Below, one piece after another: positions 45,637 through 57,200 of a stretch of 64,000 bases of DNA. This DNA comes from Takakia lepidozioides. Its lineage: Eukaryota > Plantae > Bryophyta. The translations under genes and the position numbers were made by a program. The notes beneath the pieces were generated by a model, which saw only the letters and a program-made list of their open reading frames with translations, was not told where the DNA came from and did not search any database. The stretch covers positions 1,736,001-1,800,000 of the forward strand of contig CM060731.1 in NCBI GenBank assembly GCA_030704615.1. Reading direction: 5' to 3'. Position 1 is the stretch's first letter. Each line of letters starts with the position of its first letter.

Positions 45637-47516
45637 ATGAAGATAGAAAGAGGGCCACAGCGATCTGTGAAACCGAACCCTGGGGGCGCTTCTCGCACCC
45701 TGCTGCCTCTGAACAGCTCGGATTTGGTGGTTCCCAGGGTGCATGTTGAAGTGATCTATGCCTTTGATGCCCCGACGCCCCCTGCGTCCGTTCTGGAAGA
45801 CGGTCTAGCTAAAACATTGGATGAGTATAGGGAGTGGGCCGGTCGTCTCGGAAAGGATGAGACGGGACGGCCCGCCATCGATATGAATGATGCAGGGGCT
45901 GTGTTCATTGAAGCTGAGGCAGATGGATTTTTGAAGGACGTCTTCCCCTTCAATCCATCTCCCATTTTGCTTGACATGGTGCCCCCAAACCGGGGAGTCG
46001 AGGAGCTGCTTCTTATCCAGGTGGTACTCTGTTTCTTCACCTAGTACTTGAGTAATGAAATGACGGTATTGTTTTCTTGGTATGGTTTGTGAATAAGGGC
46101 CCTTCTGTTTCAAGGCACCCGCCAGTCAAGTTGTACTCCATGGTTGACTCTCCAAGTTGCTGGTATTGAAAGGCTGCTACGTTGTCAACTCCAGTCAGAG
46201 AACTTTTTCTTCCAATTTTATTTTTTTCAGTATGGGGCACTTGAGAACCCTGCATTCCACTGAACATTGATCAAGGGGTTTTTTCTTTTAGACTTTGCAA
46301 GTATGGATTACATGCCACGATGTTTGGGTGCTATCGTTGCAGCCATGGAACGGAACACTCAATTTCCATTTGAGTGGAATTAGTTCATTTTTAGCTGCAT
46401 TTTCTCAGTAGCCTTGCTAATCTTCCTTGTAATCTTACCCACTGAGAGAGAGAGAGATGGAGACAGAGAGGAGGCGGAGGAGGAGTAGGAGGAGGTGGTG
46501 GTATTCCATTTCTAAATTCGTCTAGGCCTCCTCCCAATTCATGAAAGACATCAGAGGGAGATGGTTTCTGTCTTCATCTTAGCCTAGTAGTTGAGGATCT
46601 CAAAAGTACTGTGAGTTACTTGCTGTAGGTCACCAAGTACAATTTACATGACATTGGAGTTGCACGTCACCACCAAGTGGCAGATGGAGAGGCTGCGAGC
46701 AACTTCATGAATGCATGGGCAGCTGCCTGCAAGGAGCTCCCTTTCTCACCTGTCCTCCACGATCGCACACTACTGATGCCTAGAGACCCCCCAAATCCAA
46801 CATTTGATCACATTGAGTACAAACGACCCCCACCAAAGCCTGAAGCAGAGGTACCACCTACTTACCCCCCTTTGTCAAGGAAGAAGCTTCACTTTGATCC
46901 AGAGACGTTGAAAAAAATCAAGAGCCAAGCCATAAAGGAGAATGACGAGCCAGGGTTTTACACAACATTTGAAAGTCTGACAGGCCATTTGTGGAGGTGT
47001 GTGAGCAAAGCTCGTGGATTAACTGGGGAAGTAGGGACCAGAGCCATGGTTGCAGCCAATGGAAGGCGTCGGTTCAGCCCCCCAATACCTGGGGACTATT
47101 TTGGCAACGTGATTTTCCATGCTTGTCCACACACTAGTGTGAAAGATCTGGTTGAAGAGCCTCTCTCATTTGCTGCTGGCCTTGTTCATACCTCAATCAA
47201 GAGAATAGACAATGAGTACATGCATTCAGCTGTTGATTTTGTGGAGGTTCAGAGGAAGAACCCTGCCCCAATTTCAAGAGGAATGAGCACAGTGCTGAGC
47301 CCAAATTTGAGTCTCACCAGCTGGGTGCAGCTGCCACTGTACAAGCTGGACTTTGGGTGGGGAACTCCCACCTTTGCAGGACCCCCTTGGATTCCATTTG
47401 AGGGTCTGGCAATGTTGATCCCTTCATACACAAAAGACGGGAGTATTGATGTTGTGATTGGGCTTTTTGAACCAGACATGGCCAAGCTGGAGGCAATATG
47501 TTATGAAGCTTTGTAG
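45637..47516 (+). CDS. BAHD acyltransferase, agmatine/putrescine hydroxycinnamoyltransferase-like
   Basis: Exon 1 45637-46020 (EYREWAGRLG), phase-0 intron after Q, exon 2 46629-47516 with HHQVADG (HxxxD), YFGN and DFGWG. Confidence 0.92.
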
Positions 47517-48381
47517 ATTTTGGGCTTGTCCCTTTCTTTATTCAATGTATATGGACCTAGTGCTGGAGATTGATTTCGCTAGGGTAGTATGCTCCTTGTT
47601 CCACTGACAATTTTGCAGAGAGATCTCCAGACCTTGCTCCTTCATTCGTCCTCCATATCTTTTCTTCCAGAGGGAAAAGAAGATGCTCTCTTTTAGCTGT
47701 TGACACAGCCGGTCTGTATGCTTTTCAAATCTTGGCTTCTGCATTGAAATTCTGTTGACATTACACTCCGATCTAGTTTGTTTGTCGCTGTTGTCAGGCC
47801 AGTCTAGCACTCTGGTGTTGGCCTCACAGACCTGTTCAACAATGGTCAACAAAATTCTGTGTTTGAAATATCAGATGGAGTTGTGGATAATTCTAACTTC
47901 ATGTAAAACATTCCCCAATGCCTGTATGTAGAGCACAGTGGGACCAGTGAAAGTTTCTTTGAGAAAACAGAAACCATGTTCACAGGTTGTCTCATGCTGA
48001 TTGCATTCGTGGGTATGAAAAAGGTTCCTGGTCCAACTCACCACTTTCACCACTTTCCTGAGAGCGTTTGAATTTTGTGATGTACCAAACCTTCAAAAGC
48101 CAGATGGAATCTTGCAACTTTCGCTCGGGAGTAACGAGGACAAATTATTTTGACAGCCTGGACAGAGCTGGCCTCGTCAATCGTGGAGTTGCCAGGGAGG
48201 ATTGGAGATGCCATCCACAATTCTCATGTCAAGACTCCTGCCTATTGACTTTTGTCCTACTAACTTTAGTACAAACGCGATACATCACTCGAGATTTTTT
48301 CCCAAATTCTGGATCTTAACCAGTCCACATGAGATGCAACCCTGCATTTACACTGGAATTTATTTACAATTCGTAGAACAA

Positions 48382-50095
48382 CTAAATCGTCAGGGTTTTT
48401 TTTATACTTTGGCCTGAGAAATTATAAGATGCAAGACCTGCCATCAAAATTGCAGCTCCTACGCAGAGGCCTGGAGGGATTGTAGCTGGGGCTCCTAAAT
48501 AAGGCAATGGTAAAGTAAAAGCCCAAATAGCTATGGGTACTGACAAAGTGACACAGAAAGAGGACATGATGGCCGAGGATTGCTTGAGTAAACTCAGAGA
48601 AAAGATATTGAATGTCAAGTTGGCCAACACATAGAGGAAAGGCAGAAAGGGCGCTCCCTCGCATCCTTTAACTAATGAACCCATATTGACAAAGCACGCC
48701 ATTCCTTCATTGAAGTAGGCTGGCATCTGCTGGAAGGAGAGTCCTCGCATACTTGATAAGAAGGGAAGTAACAGGAACACAAACAGAGCCTGAAATCCTG
48801 ATCCAAGGGAATTAACCACGAAAATGTCTAAAGACCCTCCTTGCAGGTTCCTCTCAGACTCTTCGAACAAGAACTCTTTGATGATCGAAGCACCTGCTAA
48901 AAAGAGATTTGAAATAATCATGACAAGGGGCCAAAGGAAGCCCGATTGCTGTAAAGAGTGTCCATCTACTCCCCCCGATCCACTCGCAACGACAACTACC
49001 ACTCCTGCAACCACCATAAGACAACCGAAGACCTGCCCCAAAGTGTATCGCCTCCTTAAAATTGTTGCTGAAAGGACGAGTTGCCACACCAGAAAGGCCT
49101 GGAACGGGACACTCACTTGCATTACATTCAGTTCAACCTAAAAGCCAAACCACGTACCTACCACATATGCGATTGACTTTGAGGATTCAAAGCTTGAAGC
49201 TCAATTCAATACATGGCAAGCAAATGACAAGCTACAAGACCGACGATGAATGCCCAGGATCTGGAAAGCATAAGCATTTTTGCAAGTCTGGGAATTGGCT
49301 TGTCTTGCATTGGTGGCAAGAACTTCTCAAACCTAACATGTGCTTACAACTGAAGTCTGGATACTCTTCAATCGGGTGAGTTACCTGGGTCAAAATAGGT
49401 ATGAATGTCCCTGCAAGAACTGCTGCAGATGCCATGTTTGCCGCAATTCCCAATGCTTCGAGTGCACCGATGGCGATGAACCGGACCTTAGGTAAAGCCA
49501 ACATCTCCTTAGTGACAATTCCAGCGCGATATCGAACATAGAGGACTGTAGAATAGACCACCACATACCCAAATGTCGTCAACTGAGCCAAAAAGAATGG
49601 GTAGTCTTTCAGTGGAACTAGCGCCATTTTGTACAACACCTTGTTGCTCACAGACAAAAGGACGGTGGCTATGGCTGTGCACGTTATATGCAAATTCCTC
49701 TTCAAGATAGGTTTTCCTAGAACACAAACAAACTCCTTCTCTGCTTGTTGTGTTTCAGATGCGCTGTATGCCTCGACGAACCCACGTCTCTCTCCTCTCT
49801 GCCTCTTCCTTCTCATAGTTAACCCAATAAAGTGGGGCTCCACAAACCCAGCATAATCTCTTCGTGATGTTTGAGATTTAGAGAGTCTTGGCAAAGATTC
49901 CAACTCGGTACTTGGGAGACCGAGAGAGAGGGAGATTCGGAGAAAGCAAGGAGAAGACATTGCTGGTAATGACACGCCCCACGCACAGCCAGAGCCTCCC
50001 TGCCAAGACGGAACACCTGAGGAAGATGGAGAGGCACCAAATGCACCATACTGAATCGCGTGACGTCTGCATCCCAGTTGCAACACGCCTGCCAT
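48382..50095 (-). CDS. CRT-like transporter (CLT family, plastid thiol transporter-like)
   Basis: Exons 50095-49385 and 49098-48382 join in frame. Ser-rich N-terminus, NKVLYKMALVPLKDYPFFLAQLTTFGYV, DIFVVNSLGSGFQ, CEGAPFLP. Confidence 0.9.
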
Positions 50096-51733
50096 AGCTT
50101 GATTTCCCGAGTTTGATTCAAAGGAGGACAAACTTCACTGTACCCTGTTAGAAGAAAAGGAGATGCAAGTTTTCCTTCAATTTGATTCTTATGAATGACT
50201 CCTCCCCGTTCAAGAACAACATCTCAATTGCTCCCAACTCCGTGAACTGCTGTAGTTGCCAGATTCTGGCCCCTCTTCCAAGTAAGTATCGCTTCTTCTT
50301 AGCCCACCTCCAGTCTCTGTACAGCTATCGCTGAATGGGTCTGATCGCATATGCACGTAATGCTGAAGGACTCCACCGACAGCAAAGGCAAATGCCCTGG
50401 GTGACAACTTGGCTCTAGAGCTATCTTCAGAAATCTCCAGCAGTACACGGGAAAGCTCACTCTCTCCGAACGATGTATGATCAATTCCATTCCATCTCTG
50501 TCTCTATGCTGCAAGAAAACCTCGGTGGCCCCTCCTCCTAGAAAATGTCTCTCTAACTTTGACTCCTTGGTAGTAATGCCACAAACATCAGGCACGAAAG
50601 GTGTCAAGAGAGAGAGACGGGGTAATTACGTACTTATTCGAGGCAACAGATACACTCTAACCGCTGGATACACGGCACTCCTGCAGGCAAGCGAGCAACC
50701 TGCTCCCGACTTCTTACCAAATTTCCACAGTTGACCCAGTCAACTTTCCCTCAAGTGTAGCGCCTTAGTTGGTGGAGTTCGCAGGAAACTACTCTACTCG
50801 CGGGCAATGATGAGAGTAGAGATGATGTGTTAGTAGAGTCATTCGACAAAAGTATCTGTTTGGAATTTATGATTCTTGTGCCATGTGCGCACATGACCTT
50901 GTCGATATCAGGCCCCCTACGCGTAGGCCGCCCAGATTGGTGGCTTGTTTCAGAATGGAAAGCTATGGCCTTTTTGGCTGCCATGTGATTCGCAGGGTGT
51001 AAACGAATGAACGAATGGCATGTTTCGAGGATTGATTCGTTGTAGCGGCTGTCTATCAGCCGGCGGGTATAGGTCACCTAATCAAGCTGGCTGATCAGTT
51101 TTGGTGGCACCCCAATTGTTGCAACCAGCAAAACTGCAAACAATTTGTCTGCTGTGGGCGTGAACCCAATAAAGAGTCTTGGGCGCATGGGCTGGATTGA
51201 TTCTGTCCAGAGTTGGAGATGTTGGGGACCTGAAGGAGGCCGGATGTCCTGTGTTTTTCTCTTGCATCAGGGGACGCATAGTATGGTCTTTTCCACCATA
51301 GTGAAATACTGACCCGGGCGCTGACCGTTGCTTTGTGCATAAGAGCAAGACCCACGCGGTGTGGAATCCGCATAGTCGAAGATAAAGAATTACATTTGGA
51401 ACTACACGAAAGAACTTCCTTGGAAGTACGGTTTATCATCATTAAGAAATCTCCGAGGCTGGTAGTTTTCTTACAATCTCTCGAGGCTGCGGCACATGTG
51501 GATCTAGAACTGGTAAGGAGGCGACTCGCAAGGTCACTGTCCCGCTCAAAGAATGTTCTTACGTAGCCGCATATGGCCTCAGATTACTGATTGTACCAGA
51601 CACAAACGTGCACGTACTAAAGCTCAATCATTCTGATCACGCAACTCCAGCCTGCACTTGTGTATAAATCCAGACCTTTGACCGTACACCAGAGTTCCAC
51701 CATCACCCTTCCCAATTTGCGGAGGGAACTCAC

Positions 51734-52631
51734 CAAGAGAGCTGCAGTCCCATCAAGGTAACCCGATGCTGCAGACGCAAAATTTATGCCCTGAAGAAGC
51801 AGGTTTCCTGTCGCATTGGGGTGCAGATATGCCATAGGGTATGGAAGGCCTAATCTCAATGCTGCAATACAACACTCCAGCACCCATGCTCATCTTATTT
51901 CAAGACCCGTGTGTCGACGAACTAACCTTTCTCGTCATTCAGTTTCCAAAAAACCAAATGAATGCTTAACACCAACTAGCTTTGAACCCACCGAATCAAG
52001 ACAACTCCACCCAAACCAAGCCATGTAGGAAACGAAGGTACCCACAGATTCTTCGTGAATGTGTATACCTGCCAGTGGGGTTCGGTCTTGTTAACAGCAC
52101 CAAGCCGCAAGTTCACATTGAGAGTTCGATCAAGACTTAGTGTAGAGGAAGACCTTGAGAACAAAATGCAAAATGCTGCTATACTTGAACCAGGAATGTC
52201 TTGTGAATTAGAAATCCCGTTAAGTAGTAGCAGTCGCGCATAGTGCTACCTTTTGAAATAGCACTGCTTATTTGAACTTGTCAGTGCTCAGGACTCCTAA
52301 GTCAGTGTAGAACGAGTGTGGAAATTTATCTATCTTGCAGCAGGATCTATGCAGTCGCGGAACAGTTCAAGAAAGCTTACCTATGAAAACCGACCATCAC
52401 AGAACCGTCCTGTTGCTGTCTTTGTATCGAATACACGTCCATATGGGGGAAGTTTGCTGTGGCCACAGATTCGATGAAATTGTTGTTTCCTACGTCGGCT
52501 GTTGAATCTCCAAATATGATGATGGTCTGTGCGAGCGGGTTCCCCTTCCCTGCTCGTACGCTGATCGTAGTGCAATAGGAGACTAATACCACTAGCAGAA
52601 TGTATGCCACCGGCAATTTACGTCCTGTCAT
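51734..52631 (-). pseudogene. GDSL esterase/lipase pseudogene (5' part)
   Basis: Signal peptide, IFGDSTADVGNNN..ANF-fs-PPYG..TGRFCDGR then stop. Exon 51861-51734 [13 protein letters not shown]. Later exons not recognised. Confidence 0.85.
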
Positions 52632-53020
52632 GGTAGTGTCAACCATTCGAGGACCATTCGGCTCCCGTTGCACTTGAATAATCTAGGTACTATCCGAACA
52701 CTGGTTGTTAAGAATGATCTTCAATCCAGAACAGAAGAGGAGGACTCTGCCAAGGGACTACAGTCGAATCACTTGGCCATAAGCTCTGGAAAAGTTAACC
52801 GTGCCAGAGAGATGATAATTATTACCCAATGGTGGTGCGTAACATCACATGATGAGTAGAAGTAAAGCCTCTCTGATAGTTTTATGAGTGTTCATCAAGG
52901 CCTCTGGTGAGCTTGCCAGCGTCGGACGCATCTTCCGAAAGCGGAAGGGTCCTCCATTGAACGGGGATAGGTTCCGCGTCAGAAGGTAGGTCAGATAACA
53001 AAGGAACAAAATTAAAAGTG

Positions 53021-53381
53021 CTTTACGTATAGGGTAATGCCCTGAGTCGAGGGCATTCCCGGATTTAAGGGCCTGACGCCGAGGGCGGCAGCCCGAGGGG
53101 AAGGCCCGAAAATCCGGGAGTGCCCGACACGAGGGGCGTTACACCGCGTAAGGAAATGGGATGATTTCCTTATCTTTTCATCCTTCCTTTATGCTTTCTC
53201 CCCGCCAGTAGCTTGCCGTGAAAAAAGATCTTGGAGGTAAAGATAAAGAAATATCGCAAGTGTGCATTACACACTCGTGCATTACACGAGTGTGTAATGC
53301 ACTGGTAATCATGGGGCGGCCTCTTACGCTGGCTAATGCGCAGAAATTTACAAAGAGAAATCAGCCCTAGTTCTTTACGTA
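53021..53381. mobile_element. Non-coding hairpin-rich element flanked by 9-bp direct repeats
   Basis: ctttacgta at 53021-53029 and 53373-53381. Imperfect hairpin of about 110 bp at 53034-53142 and a perfect 18-bp stem at 53262-53302. Confidence 0.6.
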
Positions 53382-54048
53382 GTGATAAACTTACGTTGAA
53401 GCAAGCTTGTGATCGTCATCAGTGAAGTAACTAAACTTTAGAAGCTCTACCAAAAAGAGCGGTGCTGCCAATGTAAGGACGTCCCTCTAATCTAGCAGTG
53501 GATGTTGTTTTCTCTGTCGGCCTCTCTTTGTATCTCTCTCCCTTTCTGCTCACCCCTAAAATCTTGGCTGCATTGTGCAATCGGGTATGCATCTGCCAGC
53601 CAAGTCATTTGGCTGTGCAAAACCCGTGAAGCTTTTGGGGAGGTGAGGAAACGTTTACTAGGTGCTAGAAGTGAGGAAGGCAACAACTCTGTCATATTCT
53701 CAGATTTCTTGATAGTCCCTTATGTAATTAGCCTGTTGGGTCTTGTACACAACTAGTCTAGTCAACATTAGAATTCGACTTCACTACGTCTGTAATCCTT
53801 TGATGTCGTGGATGCATCAACTCTTGTGTCTCTCTCTCACTGGGGCCAATGTACCACCGTCACAGGCTAAGAAGATGATGCAGTTGGCCCTGCTTCCCTG
53901 CGATCCATTAGATTCCAAGGGCATACCCATGCCAACCACACTCCATTTGCATCTCATGAACTTCTGTATTGTCCAGGGATTATGAAGGAACCAAGAGGTT
54001 GAAGTCACTTGTTTCTTACAAGTATGATTTGGTAAGAAGGAAGAGTGA

Positions 54049-54232
54049 ATGTCATTCCTGCGCAGTTGTGTCTGTTGCCTGGGAGGCGGCCAGGGAGGGG
54101 AAAAGAGCAATCGATCCGGAAAGGCGAGAAGCTTTACTTATACGCCTGAAGAAAATGATTCATTTGCGCTGCCTCACCTGGGTAACCAGCTTCATATGCC
54201 TCCGACGGAATCCACATATCGCACAAAGAGCG

Positions 54233-54269
<37 letters not shown>

Positions 54270-57200
54270 GTTTTTGGCTCTCCCTTATAGGCCTCGGGCA
54301 ACGGTGGTGGAATCGCATTAAAAATTACATCCTCTTTCCTTGGCTCTCCCGCTTACACTCAACTCAGGATATAATTACAAACATAATTTGAATTCTTGGT
54401 ATTCTGGTTTGACCCAAAACACAACATGCAACCTTAAGACACCAGGATTGTGAGCGTTGCAATCAACAAATGCTCGAGGAAATCGAAGTATGGGTGCGGG
54501 GGTTTGTTGGATGCACCGCTGATGTGTGCGATCTTGGCAGAAAATCTGCTTCACCTCGGTTGACGGTCTAGGCACCAAGGACCCCAGTCCGTCTGAAAGT
54601 CCGGTCTCAAAGTTGCAAGTTGTCTACTTAATGGCTTCCCCATATCTTAACCATAAAAGCGAATTTTAGGCTACCAAGGATGACTTTAAAACGAGATACA
54701 CAGATAAAGACAGAAATAAGGGGCGCTCAAATCAGAATAGAGAAGAGCTACATCGGAGAGTAATTGATGTGCTGAAGAAGCACATGTGTTCAGAGGAGAG
54801 CCAAAATAAAAGAAAGAAAGGATTTTCACAAAACTCCAGAGAGCTGACTGCACAGGAATGCATAGGTTGCAAACAAAGAAAAGAGAGAACTCCTTATACA
54901 TTCCTAGCGTTGCAGGCCGAGAGGGAGAGAGAGATACAAAAGAAAGCAAATTTTGTCCACGGGAGGGTGAAAGAGAGGGAGGGATGAGTGCTCGGTAAGC
55001 TAGGTTTAGTGGCCACAGCCCCAATTTGGACAGAGCATGAAAGGGGGTTATGAATTGAAGGAAGAAATTCATGACCGTCACTGGACAACCCTCATATGTA
55101 GCCCCCAATTTCCCCACGGATGTGACACAAGAGAGTGGTAAAATATTCAAAGATCCCAGAGCCTTGCGGCCATTTTCTCAACAGGATATAATCATAAGTT
55201 TCTGGGTGAACAACAATATCATCAGAGATAATGATATATGACTGGCGATTGAACTTTCCCCTCAAACATGAATTTGGATAGAGTGGTGAGGGGACAAAGG
55301 AACAAAGGAACTGTATGACATCCATGGAAAAAGCTTCTGGAGAAGAATGAGAGTATATTGTGCTTGTGGTAGCCCGTGGTGGTCGAAAGCACATCACCAA
55401 TTTGGGGAGAGATGGACCCCATTCTGTCAGGGTTGAGCAGCAGAAAGGTTTTGGGGTTACTGGTCAAGTTGGGTATTTGGTTTCCTGTGGAAATCTGAAG
55501 AGCTGATAAAGGTGGGGTTGGGAATGTGTGAAAGGGGTAACCCCGTAGATGGTGTAGCAAGTCCCACGACTGACCGCGACGATATGCGCCGTATATATGT
55601 GCATGATGACGACCGTGTCCTCATCAAGGTACATACTCTCACACTGGTTTCTCTAATTGCCCAGACCACCCTGGCCTCCATATGAATGTGTGAAATGCTA
55701 CTGTTATCTCCCACTTATCCGTCAAGGATTTTGGGTCTTTCTAAGTTATTGGCATGAAAAAAGCTGTAAACTGTTATGCTCTATGTTTGCCAGCACCGGT
55801 ACATCTTGTTCATGATAGACAGGTCAGTTTGGTCCTCTTGTGTCTTGAAGCCACACTGCAAAAGGTCCTGTTATCACCATTGCAGAGTATGCTGTCATGT
55901 GGGCTTAAGAGGCCCTATGTCAGATGGAGAGACTTTAGGGTTCCTGAGCAATCCTTGGTTGCCCTGCTCAAGATGGATTGTCCAGTAGGCAACCTATTAC
56001 CTGTGTTGGGGGTTGACCAGTGGTCCTGGTCCCAGATGCATCAGCAGGTCAGTAGTGTGACACTTGAGACTGAGTACTTCAATCATTCAATCACGTCTAT
56101 TAACAAATGCGCTGAAACTCATGAAGTAGGAATGAAGTTACCCTGTTTTTTTCTTTGGGATTGGAGATTGGAATGCTAGGGTGGGAGCCAATCTGTTATT
56201 GACAAGGATTCTGACTAGGATTTGAAAATGTCCTGCTGAAGAGTATGGATGAGAAGGTTTGCAATGGACTGTTTAGCACTCAGGGACAGTCAGTTTGTCT
56301 GTGAAGATTTAAATCTCGATGTTTACCTTGCACCTCTTAACAAAAGAGAGTACCTGAAAACTGGAATGCAGAAGCATTTCTCTTTTATTTGAAGATGGCA
56401 CCGGGAAATATCTGGGTGGGAAATTTTCTTTAAGGTGTGAATTCTACCCCCTCAGGAATTGGTTAACACCTTTTCTCAGTTGACCCAAAATTAGCTAAGG
56501 TATGTCTCATCGGTTCAGATCAAACTATACACCGATTTCAAAGATGTAACACACTTTCTTCTTACATAGGTTGCATTGTGCTTGAGCTGCAGGTGGTGCA
56601 CTTTGGACACCCTACGTCAGTTGGCATTGAATACGATGAGGGTGGAGACTGGCAGTTCAGGCCTACGTGGTATGTCCGCATAGTTTTTGTTAGCATGATG
56701 ATGCACATATTATAGATTGTGTTGTTCCCGTACAGTATTGCATCTTTGCTGAACATCAGTATAGACTTCACAGACTATCAAATGGCTTGTGCTAGTCAAT
56801 CTGATGTTGGCTTTGATTAAAGACTTTTAATCACGGCAGTCTCAATAGCTGTATGTGTGGTTTGGTTACCAAAGAAGGGAATTGAATTCGAACTTGAAAA
56901 CTAATTAAAGAATGTGGATACTTTATCTCAGCCTGGAATATGGACTTGTAGTCCAACAATTCAACTTGGAAGATTGTGGGGCTGCAGGGCTCGTCGTGCA
57001 GGGCCCCGTGCCTGGATCTACTTCCATCCTGAGGACGTATGCTTCTCCTCAATTGTTTTCCTGCCCTATAACAGCAAAGAGGAGACAATATTAAAGTAGA
57101 ATGCATTCCTTAAACTGAAAGTTCATTTGCGCCCACATTAGCAAGAAAATGCTGGGACTATGAGTCATACGGTCCATACTCCACTTCGAAATGGCAAACT

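Noticed and set aside
53030-53369. hAT MITE with TAGGG ends
   Set aside because: The flanking 8-mers (tttacgta versus gttcttta) do not form a TSD, and terminal similarity is only about 5 bp.
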